DNA from: Podarcis liolepis
Lineage: Eukaryota
NCBI GenBank assembly: GCA_965112155.1
Contig: OZ218107.1
Length of the DNA stretch: 64,000 nucleotides
Direction: 5' to 3' (one strand)
Shown here: in pieces, positions 23,677 to 36,084 of the stretch
Numbering within the stretch: the stretch's first letter is position 1
Layout of the letters: each line of letters starts with the position of its first letter
Made by a program: the position numbers and the translations under genes
Notes under the pieces: generated by a model
What the model was told of the DNA's origin: nothing
Database searches by the model: none
Seen by the model: only the letters and a program-made list of their open reading frames with translations

Positions 23677-24609
23677 CTTTAGAGACATATTCTTCAGCTT
23701 TCCATCTCTAGTGTATCGATGCAGTTCCTTAGAACAGCCTTCACCAACATGGCACCCTCCAGATGTTGTGAACTACAATTCCCATCCAAGGGTCAAGTGT
23801 CCAACGACATTATAGGAGGATACAAGGTTGTTGAAAGCTCTCCTATATATAATGTTGGATTGCTTTTTTTATTTTCATGGACCTTGCCAAAAAGTGGAGA
23901 TAGCACATCTCTGCTTCTTAACCAGTTTATATATTTTTTCAATTATATTTTGGAATAGTCTTTTACAACATCCAGTAAACTACGCAGACTGCCAAAAACA
24001 AAACAATGCCAACCCTCCAGGAACTCTTGCCTTGTGTTCTGGAACGTTCAATTAGCCACCAGAGGGAGTCTCGTGAATGCAATACAAATGTTCTAATATT
24101 GGCATAGAAATGATATTGAGGGAGCGATCCAGCGCTTAAAACCCTACCAGTCAAGGAGCTACAGGATATGGCAGAACTGCTAAATCTCAAGGCAAGCCAC
24201 TGGCACTGTGCCACTCCACTGGCAGAACACTGGCAAAGATACACACCATTCAAACAGCTGAAATGGGATGGGATTGTGGGCAGGACATAAAATCATAGAA
24301 ATGCAACGAAAAAATGTTGGAGGGCATGGGAAAGTCATGGCACTAAGTAAGTCTTTCCATTGTAGAATACCAATTTGTATTCTACAGTTTATATTTGTAG
24401 TCTAGAAATTGGGCACTGCCACTGAGAAGACCCTTTGGAACCTTGAATGAATATTGTTATAGATTTGGGTAAACCCTAGAAATTAATAAATGCCAGGGTT
24501 TTGATCATTAATTGCCATATGGATTAAAGTGCAGAACTGTGCCAGACAGGGAATTCCTGGGCTATGCAAACCAGCCTGGCCAAGCCAGGGCCATTAAAGG
24601 AACAATAGA

Positions 24610-24984
24610 GGACACGGGTGGTGCTGTGGTCTAAACCACTGAGCCTCTTGGGCTTGCCGATCAGAAGGTTCGAATCTGTGCGACGGGGTGAGCTCCTGTT
24701 GCTCTGTCCCAGTGCCTGCCAACCTAGCAGTTTGAAAGCATGCCAGTGCAAGTAGACAAATGGGTACTGCTGTGGCGGGTAGGTAAATGGTGTTTCCGTG
24801 CACTCTGGTTTCTATCACGGTGTTCCGTTGTGCCAGTAGCGGTTTAGTCATGCTGGCCACATGACCTGGGAAGCTGCCTATGGACAAATGCCAGCTCCCT
24901 CGGCCTGAAATTGAGATGAGCGCCGCAACCCCATAGTTGCCTTTTACTGGACTTAACTGCCAGGAGTCCTTTACCTTTACCTTT
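24610..24984 (+). mobile_element. Sauria SINE, full length
   Basis: tRNA-like head GGACACGGGTGGTGCTGTGG, B box GGTTCGAATC and (ACCTTT)n tail. Confidence 0.9.
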
Positions 24985-26731
24985 TAGTGGACCATTGAGG
25001 GTCATTGCCAATGCAGGAGAACTTCCACCCTGCCCTAAGGTGTGGACAGAGAAAGGGGTTTGAAAGGTTGCCAAGATGGTGGGATGTGTTTTTGAGCAGG
25101 GGTTTTTGGGAGAGAGAAGGAGGAAGGAGAGTTGGGATCCATCTTTGAGGGAGGCAGCCTGAAGGTTGCTTGCGCTGCTGCCTCTGAAAATGTGCATGCC
25201 GTAAGATCTGGACTCCCTTCATGCAGACTGAAGGTAATAGGTGAATAAACCTGGTTTCTTAAAGCACAGCAGTCTCTGCCGTGTCTTCCATTCTCCAAAG
25301 GGACACAGACCCTGTGAGTGTGCCTGGGACCCCATGGGCTCTTTCAGCTGCTTGGCAGAGAGAGGGGCAGGCACCTGGATTTTGTAGCAATATTTTCAGG
25401 TCTGGGTAGGTATGTGTGTGAGGAAGTGATCCTTTAGGTAGCCTGGTTGCCAAGTCCCAGAGGTGAGCAATGATCCGTGGGGGGGAGATCTGTGGGGATA
25501 GGCATAGTAAGTGTAGTGTATACACAACCATGTTGTATAGGGGACCTGTGGGCCTCCGAACATCAGACTACAACTTCCAACATCCCTGACCATTGTCCAT
25601 GCTAGCTGGGGATGATGGGAGTTGGAGTCCGACAACACCTGGAGGGTCATGGCCTGCACTAAATGATGTTGTTGTTTCTTCATAGCACAGAGGAACGTGT
25701 GGTTTTTCCACCTGGCAGAATGTTCTGCACAGGGAAGTTTACCTGACAATGACTTTTCAGCATCCTTATATTCCTAATTTTTTAAACCTCTGATGTGATC
25801 ATTTTAATGCTGCAAATGCTCCGCTGTTTTATCCTTGTGTTGTTTTTATGGCTTGCAGACTTTATTGTTTTAATAAACAATACAATTGTCTCTTATGCTG
25901 GAAGCTGCCTTGAACAGGCTTCTATTGAAAGGTGGGGTAGAATCACAGAATCATAGAAACGGCTAAGGAAAAGAAATAAGCAAATCCACTATGCAAACTA
26001 CTTTCTGCACCTTCTCACTGGCTTCCCCCACTTTAAAGGGTTATAAATGATTCAAAAATCAAATCAAATCATGGTTTACAGTCATTGCTTTCTCTCAAAT
26101 ATTAATTGCATGGCTCTTAGCTCAGTTCAGCTATGCTTACATTTCCACAATGCTTATGGTTTCTAGGGAGGCATCAGTCGATTCCAGCCGACCTGTTTAT
26201 TGAGCATTCATCCTGATCTGTTTGCAACGAAGTTAGGTGATGCTGGCTATGGACTGAACCATCTTTCTGATCTGTTTGAAGAGAGGCTAGAGGACGTTGT
26301 CTCAAGCAAAAGTTGTCCCACATGATCCCTCAAGATTTCCGCCTCACTTCCCTTATTGCAAAAAAATGGATCTTCTGGAGAAGCAGGTTTAACGTGCAGA
26401 TCAACTTTAATTGCACCACTTTGGTTTGCTGGTGAGTGATGAAATCCCACCTAGAAATAGGGAAGGTCATTGCAATTCATTTTACTGTGACATACAACAT
26501 TGTAGAGTTAAGGCTACCATGGCACACACTAAAGGATAGAATTGCTCAGGTTTTCATTTCTTTGCGTTTTGAAAGTGACTTCACCTTGGACATCAAGACT
26601 CCTTGTGCTATGTCTAGATCCATAAGCATGGCTTTCTTTCTTTGTTTGCTTTGCTACAGTGCTAAGAACAGGAAAGGAATGAAAGAGTAGCGGGACCCTT
26701 GGTTATTCTGTCTCCACCAGGAAGCTATGGG

Positions 26732-26926
26732 CAGAGGCGGAGCAACCTGCTCTGGTACCTGGAGTGGTGCATGTTCAAGGGGGAGTGGCGTGCATCCCAA
26801 GGGGTGCACAGTGAGTCGCGCGTGCCCTGGGAGGTGCTGCCAATCGGGGGTTTGCATTTTTTCACCCTCTTTTGGAATGGCACCTGGGGCGAGCCACTCC
26901 CCCACCCCTGCCTCGGAACGCCCCTG
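26732..26926. mobile_element. GC-rich hAT-type MITE
   Basis: Ends CAGAGGCG...CGCCCCTG; 8-bp TSD GCTATGGG/GCTAGGGG. Confidence 0.65.
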
Positions 26927-27068
26927 GCTAGGGGGGATTGTGAGCAAGTGATGAAGGCAGTTTTGTCCAGCCTTTGACTTGATTCTCTTAAGTCAAGCTT
27001 TGGCAACCTGGGCTAAATCCCTGCCAACTCCAGCCAGGATGGGAATTCCCATAATCTCCAGCTTCATA

Positions 27069-27294
27069 CAGTGGTACCTCGGGTTAAGAACTTAATTCGT
27101 TCTGGAGGTCCGTTCTTAACCTGAAATTGCTCTTAACCCGAGGTACCACTTTAGCTAATGGGGCCTCCCGCTGCCGCTGCACCTCTGCCGCACAATTTCT
27201 GTTCTCATCCTGAAGCAAAGTTCTTAACCCAAGGTACCATTTCTGGGTTATCGGAGTCGGTAACCTGAAGCGTATGTAACCCGAGGTACCACTG
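27069..27294. mobile_element. Tc1/mariner-type MITE
   Basis: TIRs CAGTGGTACCTCGGGTTA / TAACCCGAGGTACCACTG with a TA TSD. Confidence 0.88.
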
Positions 27295-29191
27295 TATAGC
27301 GAAGCTGCAGGGCTGGATTAACCATTAAGCAAAATAAGCACATGCTTATGGCATCAACGGAAGGGAATTTTCCATTGCTGAACCAACAACAAAATAGTAA
27401 TAATAAAATAGTAATAATAGAGATTAATGATATACATTAATCTTGGGAATACAACAAAATTAAAATCTGGTAACTGGTAAACAGCCACTCTGTCCCCCGA
27501 GGCTCATATAAGTGTTCTTATCTTGGTTATATTGGCAGTCCTGTTAAGTCGTCCACTGAGAGTGAGTGCAGCAGGGCTCAGTACTGTGGTATCAGATAGG
27601 GGGATGGTTTTTTCCAAATCCATAGGTTTTTAAAGGCCTTGGCAAGTATTTTGGTAATTGATGTCTCAACTTACTTACGCTAAAATTATACACGTATCAC
27701 TATGAACTCATCACATCACTAATTCGGATCCCATTCGGATACCCTCCAGATCATCAAATATATGCCTGGAGAAAGGCAGTGGATTGGGAGTGGAGGAGAG
27801 GGAGAGGGATTTGCTGCAGGGTAAAAATTGGGACGGGGGGGTGGGAATCACCCCCTTCCCTTTTGCTTTGCGGCTGTACAGCGGGGTGACCCGAATTCCT
27901 GGGCCCAAACTGTCAGACTTGGCATTTGCAGAAAGATACACTGAAATTCATTCTTTGTTTGCAAGGGTCTAATAGCTGCAGAGAAGAAGAATGTTAGCTC
28001 TTCTAAACGTTCCAGTTTGTTACTTCATTTGTGCGGGTCAGAATGTAATAATTTGCTTTTCTGTTCCTTTCTTGTGTAAGCACACCAGTTTGGGGAGCTA
28101 GGCTATTATGCGAGGCTGATTAAAGCAACCTCAGATGTAAGGGAAGGAATCCATATCTCTGTTAGGAAAAGAAGAATATTAAATAGCCTTGAAGCAGCAG
28201 CCCTGCGATGTGACATTTTTACAAGGAACTCATTTGTAGGAAGATGAAGCGCAGACACTCAGAAGAGATCGCAAAGAATTAAGCTATTGTGCTTCCCTAT
28301 GATTTGAAAAGCTGACAATTTGTTACTCTTATCTACAGAAAAATATCCTTCAATAAAACCAAATCCTAGCAAAATAGGGAGGCTAGATATATTGTGATAG
28401 GTCTGTCTCCTTAATTCTTCTCCCATTATTTTAAGTAACATTTATTGTTCCTGCTGCTCCTTGCTAATCTCCTTGGAAAATTACCCACGGAGTCTAGCTG
28501 CATTTAAAAAAGAAAAGAAGAAAGAAGAGCAAGAGACACAGAGGCAGAGCGAAGCACCCTGAAGAGGAGATAGCAATGATATGCTCAATTTTGCATGCAG
28601 AGGAACAGATTCTCAGAAGAGAGGGTGGAGCATCGGCAGTGAAAGCCTATGCTTGTTTACTCAGAAGTAAGTCCCGTTGTATTCAGTGGGGCTTGCTCAC
28701 AGGTAAGTGTGCATATGATTGCACCCCCAAGGGGGGAGGGGGAGAGAAGGGACCACCTCACTGCTTGTTCCATGAACAGAGTTCTTGTTGCGATGACAGC
28801 TAATTCAGTCATCTTACAAGAACATCAACTGGGGAAATTTAGGGTGTTGACAATTCAAAGCCACAGGTTTAGAGGCCTCATCCTGTGAGGCATTGAGGGA
28901 GCACAGCAGCTGAGGTGCTGGGGGTCCTGCCATTAGTGCAAGGGCAAAAGTGGGCTGCAAAACACTGTAAACAGAAGACAGTTTTTTTAAAGACTTAGAA
29001 GCAGTGGAGATTTGAATGGTTGAGGTCTCGGTTTTGCCCATAGCATACAAGTCTAGCCATAGACTTGAGGAAACTGGTTTAGGCAGAAGACTGTTTGATT
29101 TCTTTTTTTTGTTGTGCCCTCAAGAGTTCTGGGAAATGTCAGAACTAACACCCAGCAGAGCAAGCAGCATTGATACAATATTATACCTTAG

Positions 29192-29743
29192 AGGTAAAGG
29201 TAAAGGGACCCCTGACCATTAGGTCCAGTTGCGGACGACTCTGGGGTTGCAGCGCTCATCTCGCTTTATTGGCCGAGGGAGCCGGCGTACAGCTTCCGGG
29301 TCATGTGGCCAGCATGACTAAGCCGCTTCTGGCAAACCAGAGCAGCGCACGGAAACGCCGTTTACCTTCTTGCTGGAGCAGTACCTACCGTATTTTTCGC
29401 TCTATAAGATGCACCAGACCACAAGACGCACCTAGTTTTTGGAGGAGGAAAACAAAAAAAACAAAAAAAATCTGAATCTCAGAAGCCAGAACAGCAAGAG
29501 GGATCGCTGTGCAGTGAAAGCAGCAATCCCTCTTGCTGTTCTGGCTTCTGGGATAGCTGCGCAGCCTGCATTCGCTCCATAAGATGCACACACATTTCCC
29601 CTTACTTTTTAGGAGGGGAAAAGTGAGTCTTATAGAGCAAAAAATACGGTATTTATCTACTTGCACTTTGACATGCTTTCGAACTGCTAGGTTGGCAGGA
29701 GCAGGGACTGAGCAATGGGAGCTCACCCCGTCGCGGGGATTCG
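29192..29743 (-). mobile_element. Sauria SINE truncated at the B box and interrupted by a MITE
   Basis: (AAAGGT)n tail on the left; perfect 15-bp TSD AATATTATACCTTAG at 29177-29191 and 29744-29758. Confidence 0.9.
29388..29649. mobile_element. Tc1/mariner (pogo/Tigger-like) MITE inserted into the SINE
   Basis: TIRs CCGTATTTTTCGCTCTATAAGA / TCTTATAGAGCAAAAAATACGG; TA TSD splitting the SINE motif GTACCTA|TTTATC. Confidence 0.88.
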
Positions 29744-30330
29744 AATATTATACCTTAGTGTATTTCAAAAGTATATACTGAGTTATTTCCCCAACTCTTA
29801 AGATGTTTTCATTATGTGCTGCTATATTTTTGCATTGGGGGGGGATTTTCTCTGTTATTGAAGCATTTTTTTAAAAAAAGTTTTGTTGTTTTAATATACA
29901 CACATTTATATTGAATTATTATTCCTTGTAAATTGCTGAGAGACTGTTCAGGCATTAAGCAGTATAGAAATATATGAAATGAGATCAATAAACTGCGAGT
30001 CAGACATATCCTGCCATTCAAGTACATTTTTAAAACAAAGTTTATATTGAGGATGAAATTGATCCCATTTCTCCATTCCATTGTCTTCTGTGGAACTAGG
30101 TGAAACAATTGGAAATAGGATAGAAATTAATAGGTCTTTTCTCCCTGCAGTGAGGCTCGCTCACTAACTTATTACATGTGTCCAGTTTGGGACTGATGCT
30201 GTGCTGATGCGATAAGATAATTTGCTCCTGCCACTGTTCAGAAATGGTCATCTGCACAGGGTTTAGCCTTGGAGTCCTTTTTGGTCATGGCATTGAGACC
30301 AGACTCCTGGTGCTGCCTTGTCATGTCTTA

Positions 30331-30844
30331 GGTAAAGGTAAAGGTAAAGGTAAAGGACCCCTGGATGGTTAAGTCCAGTCAAAGGCAACTATGGTAAGGT
30401 TACCAGGCATCTCCGTTTCCTGGGGACAGTCCCCAGATTTACAAATCAGTCCCCATACAAAATCCATTGAAGTTGAAAAGTGTCCTCGGATTCATTGAAA
30501 AAAATCTGGTAACCTTCGACTATGGGGTTGCGGCGCTCATCTTGCTTTCAGGCTGAGGGAGCCACCATTTGTCCACAGACAGCTTTCTGGGTCATGTGAC
30601 CAGCATGACTGGTGCAATGGAACACCATGACGGAAACCAGAGTGCATGGAAACACTGTTTGCCTTCCCGCCTCCAGTGGTACCTATTTATCTACTTGCAC
30701 TGGCATGCTTTTGAATTGCTAGGTTGGCAGGAGCTGGGACAGAACAATGGGAGCTCACACTGTCGCAGGGATTTGAACCACTGACCTTCTGATCGGCAAG
30801 CCCAAGAGGCTCAGTGGCTTAGACCACAGCGCCACCCGCATCCC
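30331..30844 (-). mobile_element. Sauria SINE, full length, interrupted by a hAT MITE
   Basis: Tail, body and head all present; approximate TSD TCATGTCTTAGG / TCAGGTCTTAGG. Confidence 0.88.
30395..30517. mobile_element. 123-bp hAT-type MITE inside the SINE
   Basis: TIRs AAGGTTACCAG / CTGGTAACCTT; 8-bp TSD AACTATGG/GACTATGG derived from the SINE body. Confidence 0.82.
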
Positions 30845-30860
30845 TCAGGTCTTAGGACCA

Positions 30861-31426
30861 ACCTATTACACCTTCAGTCTGCATGAAGGGAGTCCAGATC
30901 TTACGGCATGCACATTTTCAGAGGCAGCAGCGCAAGCAACCTTCAGGCTGCCTCCCTCAAGGATGGATCCCAACTCTCCTTCCTCCTTCTCTCTCCCAAA
31001 AACCCCTGCTCAAAACCACATCCCACCACCTTGGCAACCTTTCAAACCCCTTTCTCTGTCCACACCTTAGGGCAGGGTGGAAGTTCTCCTGCATTGGCAA
31101 TGGCCCTCAATGGTCCACTAAAAGGTAAAGGTAAAGGACTCCTGACAGTTAAGTCCAGTAAAAGGCAACTATGGGGTTGCGGCGCTCATCTCAATTTCAG
31201 GCCGAGGGAGCTGGCATTTGTCCACAGGCAGCTTTCCAGGTCATGTGGCCAGCATGACTAAACCGCTACTGGCACAACGAAACACCGTGATAGAAACCAG
31301 AGTGCACGGAAACACCATTTACCTACCCACCACAGCAGTACCTATTTGTTTACTTGCACTGGCATGCTTTCAAACTGCTAGGGTGGCAGGCACTGGGACA
31401 GAGCAACAGGAGCTCACCCCGTCGCA
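30861..31426 (-). repeat. Inverted duplicate of 24679-25242 (non-SINE flank + SINE)
   Basis: Reverse-complement match with roughly a dozen substitutions. The ORF track gives near-identical 81-aa and 117-aa translations on opposite strands. Confidence 0.93.
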
Positions 31427-31503
31427 GGGATTTGAACCACTGACCTTCTGATCGGCAAGCCCAAGAGGCTCAGTGGCTTAGACCACAGCGCCACCCACAT
31501 CCC
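31121..31503 (-). mobile_element. Chimeric Sauria SINE: body from the 24610 copy, head from the 30331 copy
   Basis: Diagnostic variants switch at GTCGCA (31421-31426). Confidence 0.85.
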
Positions 31504-34345
31504 TCAGGTCTTAGGACCAACCTATATGACACTTTTCCATTCCAGATAAATATGATTAGCTGTATAAAGAAAGAGCTAGGAGGAAATCTGACCTGAGTGT
31601 TAAGATTATGCTGCATTTGAATGCTTGTGTCGGTTCTGATTTGTAATATTTGTATTTTACTTGTTTTTCTATTTTCTTTTATATAAATTGCTTCAGGAAT
31701 TCTGTACTGAAGGGAAGTATGAAATATTTATGATACATAAGCAGGTACATAATTAATACATTAAACAGTTTGCATTTTTAAAATTTAATAGCGTCTATAT
31801 TTTCAGTCTAATTATTATACATTCCTTTTTTAAAAAGTTACAGGATGTTTGTGGATAATATGCAGAACATTTACACAGGCTCAGATGTGTACCTAATTCA
31901 GATGAAGCTCACAGCGCAATCCTATAGACCTACTCAAAACTAAACTCCACTGCATTCAGTGGAAGTTACTTCCAGGTCAAGGTGGATAGGATTGCTGTCT
32001 TAGGTTCATCAGCAATCCAAAGGATGGCTTTCATATGAAACAACAAGGATGTTTGGAACACACTAATCTATGAGTCATGGATGCAGAATCTTCCAGAAAT
32101 TGCACATCTGTGGTGGGTGGAGAAATCCTGCCAAGGTGAGCAGTGCAGCGGATGTAAATTGGATTAAAGTCTAGGTAAACTCAAGAAATTAGGAAATAAG
32201 GGAATATGGCATCATGCAGACATATCTTGCCAAGGGCACCAGGTTTTATTAAACCACAGACACTGAAAGTGTAAGGAATCAAAGTGATCTATCACGCCTT
32301 GTGTTCTTGTAATTAGACTGCCATCCAATTCAAGAAACCTTAGCCAATTAATTTTCTGAGTTTGTTAATGAATTGCCTAATCAATTGATGAATTATGCAT
32401 GTGAATAAAACAGTATTTCTGAAGGCACACTTTCTTTGTTTTTCGACACATACCTGCCGAGCCTCCCAGCCTGCTCTCCTTGCTGGCTCTTTCCTTAGCA
32501 GGAAGAAACTCCCTGAAAATGCCAAGGGAGGCGCTGGAGAATTTTAAGTCGCGTACAACACCCCAATATTCCCCACCTCTGAAAACAGCCATTTAATGGT
32601 TAACAATGACTTCAAATTTGAGCTGAACTGGTCTATTTTATTTATATGTGTTTCATAATCATTTGTAGCTTTTGTTACCAAAGGTGGGAAGTGATAAACC
32701 TTTCCTCTTGAAACAAAGATCTTGTCTATCATTATGTTCTTTGCACTGAAAAAGGCCCAGTCCTGCCAAGTAGTGGGCAATTAGTCATGATAAGACAAAG
32801 GAAGTTTATAGGTTATGGCATTACCTACTTAAAGTAATTTAGAAATTCAGCCTCATAGGTACTTAGCTGTCAAGATGGCAGCCAAATGACAAGATTAGAA
32901 AAGTCACACACCCGATTCACCCAAGATACTTCTAAAATTATTTCCAGTAGTTCAAAATGTATTTTATCATGCATGAAACAGACATTTCCAGACCCCCCTT
33001 ATCCATATATATCTATAATAGATATAGATAAGATGGCGACCTTTTTATTATATCAGTCCAATTGTCTTCATTACCCACTGCATTGACAAGCTGCAACAGA
33101 GCCCCTAAAAGAGAAGCCTTGGACTTTCTTTGTTGTCCATCCAAAAATGGCCAAAATAAGAAAGCTCTGCTAAGATGAAAGAGAGAACACTGGTCTTCTG
33201 ATAGAAATGAGCTTTGTTTACTAAGATACACACCCCAAGGCCAATTTGCTCAACTGTTAGTTGTCAGGCCTGCTTAGTGCTCATACATTGTCTCCAGCTG
33301 GCTTCCTGCATGAACTAACACCCCTCACTTATGTTGCCAGGAATTCTGAAACACAGAAAGTTGCCTTGTTTTGTCCATGTAGCCTAGTACTGTCTTCTCT
33401 GATGCAGTGGTGCACTACACTCACCACAGGCAGAACATCCTAACGTCAGCCCCCTGATCCCGTTAACTGGAGATCCTAGAAAGTCAACTTTGAGCTTTCT
33501 GGCTGCAACAGCTATCATCCCTCTGGGTGATCAGGGTGAATCTAGGCTTATAAAAGTCTCCACACCAACCAAACAGAGGCAGACAAAGAGAAGTTGCTGG
33601 GGAAAGTGATTCCCCTCCCCCCTTTTGCCAAATGTAATGAGTTTGGAGTATAAAGTCTTCATCAGGTACAACTCCTTTTCCATTTCTGAGGTTTGCTTGT
33701 TTAGTGCTGCCTCTTTCCCCCCTCTGCTTGTACAATGTTTCCAACTATGGGCCGTCTCTTCACAGAAACTGGAAAAATCATTTGTGAATCCAGAGAGGAT
33801 TTGGGGAGCACTCAATTCATCTTATCCATCTCTGCTCAGGTAGGCAAAAGATGCAAACCAGTCTTGATCATTGTGCAAAACCCAAGGCATTATAACTGCT
33901 GTTTATTGTGATTATTTTTAATAAACAATTCACATCCTTTGTGCTATATTAATAACCACTTCCTATATTTAGCGGGCTGCATTTTTCGCACCTTCCAGCT
34001 GAGTGTTAAAGCCCTTTGCAAATATTAAAACATATTTATAATATTGGTACAATACTGCATCCAATTAAAACCAAGAGAGGGGAAGCGGGCTTAAGGTATT
34101 TAATCTAGTTAGACCTCCCTCGTTAGTAAAGCAGCAGTAAAAGGTAGGTTCCTAACTCTCATCCCCCTGCACAACGCATGTGGCAAAGGACCTGGTTTCC
34201 ACATGAACGATGGAACCTTAATGGCATGCTCAGATACTGACACTACATCAGGCTGCAGTAGAGGAGGGTAGGGAAGAGATGCAGGTCCCATCAACACTGC
34301 TGAGAAGCTATGCTCCCTCCTTCATCAATTACCCCGCAGTAAACA

Positions 34346-34773
34346 GTGATGTATGGAAGTGAGAGCTGGACCATAAAGAAGGCTGATCGCCGAAGAATTG
34401 ATGCTTTTGAATTATGGTGCTGGAGGAGACTTGAGAGTCCCATGGACTGCAAGAAGATCAAACCTATCCATTCTTATGGAAATCAGCCCTGAGTGCTCAC
34501 TGGAAGGACAGATCCTGAAGCTGAGGCTCCAACACTTTGGCCACTTCATGAGAAGAGAAGACTCCCTGGAAAAGACCCTGATGTTGGGAAAGATGGAGGG
34601 CACAAGAAGAAGGGGACAACAGAGGACGAGATGGTTGGATAGTGTTCTCAAAGCTACCAGCATGAGTTTGACCAAACTGCAGGAGGCAGTGGAAGACAGG
34701 AGTGCCTGGCGTGCTCTGGTCCATGGGGTCACGGAGAGTCAGACACGACTAAACGACTAAACAACCACCACCA
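34346..34773 (+). mobile_element. BovB (RTE) LINE 3' fragment
   Basis: Typical BovB 3' ORF remnant (..MEISPECSLEGQILKLRLQHFGHFMRREDSLEKTLMLGKMEG..DRSAWRALVHGVTESQTRLND*) followed by a (CAA/CAC)n tail. Confidence 0.9.
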
Positions 34774-35346
34774 TTCCATTAGGCTGCCTATGAGACACCA
34801 GCAATCCAGCAATGTCTACTACTTCCTCTCCTTCCACTTCTCCACCCCTAGTTGGTCAGAAGAACAACTTGCAACTAAGAACTTGTACCTGAGTTTCCTT
34901 ACTTCCTCATCCCACCCCACCCCCTGGTCGATTTTCTTTCTGTGCTATGTATTCTTAGATAGAAAGCCTGAGGGCAGCGACTGTCTCCCCCCCCCCCTTT
35001 TAAAGCAATCTCTAAGACCCTCTGGGAGACTTTTTTGGTTAAATATTGGAATAAATATATATATAACTAAATAGTGGCGCCTCTTAGTTTCTTTTGTGTG
35101 TGTCTAATTTTGTATTAAATTTCACAATTTGACTTCAAATCACATAATTACGTTACAGTATTTCATAAATGGACTTCCCACTCACACCTCCACAGTGTTT
35201 TTGTTCAAGCCCTTTTCTACTGTGTTATATATCAAACTCTATTATGGAAACCCCTCTAATTCAATTGCTTTATCATTTTTCTTCCGCTGCTCCTATCTCA
35301 AATCCTGCCCGCAATTTCATTTGATTATAATACTTTTTTTCAAATA

Positions 35347-36084
35347 CAGTGGTACCTTGGTTCTCCAACGCCTTGGTAGTCAAACAACTTGGAACCCAAA
35401 CACTGCAAACCCGGAAGTAAGTGTTCTGGGTTGCAAACATTTTTTGGAAGCTGAACGTGCTCCATTTTGAGTGCCACACTTCCATTTTGAGTGTTACACT
35501 GAGATCTGTCTGTTTTTGCTATTTATTTTGCGTTTTTGTGACTCTCTTTTTGTGTGTGCCTGTGTAGAACCCAGTTCAGCTACTGATTGATTGATTGATT
35601 GATTGATTGGTTGGTTGCTTGACTGCAGTACGTTGTTTATTGCTTTCATTTTATGGATCAATGGTCTCCTTAGATAGAAAAATTCATGTTAAATTGCTGT
35701 TTTAGGGGTTGTTTTTAAAAGTCTGGAACGGATTAATCCATTTTGCATTATTTTCCATAGGAAAGCGTGCCATGGTTTGGAACGTTTTGGTTTTGGAACG
35801 GACTTCCAGAACGGATTAAGTTTGAGAACCAAGGTACAGTGTGGTGTAGTGGTTAAGAGCGGTAGTCTCATAATCTGGGGAACCGGGTTCGCATCTCCGC
35901 TCCTCCACATGCAGCTGCTGGGTGACCTTGGGCCAGTCACACTTCTTTGAAGTCTCTCAGCCTCACTCACCTCACAGAGTGTTTGTTGTGGGGGAGGAAG
36001 GGAAAGGAGAATTTTAGCCGCTTTGAGACTCCTTCGGGTTGTGATAAAGTGGGATATCAAATCCAAACTCTTCTTCTTCTACTG
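35347..36084. mobile_element. Tc1/mariner-type MITE whose right TIR is split by a SINE
   Basis: Left end TA|CAGTGGTACCTTGGTTCTC; right end GAGAACCAAGGTAC...[SINE]...ACTG|TA; internal (GATT)n. Confidence 0.8.
35837..36080 (+). mobile_element. tRNA-derived SINE (Squam3-like)
   Basis: A box TGGTGTAGTGG, B box-like GGTTCGCATC, CORE-like GGGTGACCTTGGGCCAGTCAC, L2-like 3' hairpin and (TCT)n tail. Confidence 0.8.

Noticed and set aside
24844-31451. Duplicated 81-aa and 117-aa ORFs as a gene pair
   Set aside because: They are translations of the inverted duplication and of SINE sequence, not genes.
35837-35905. tRNA gene (also 58300-58385)
   Set aside because: A/B boxes are present, but they are SINE heads without a full cloverleaf.
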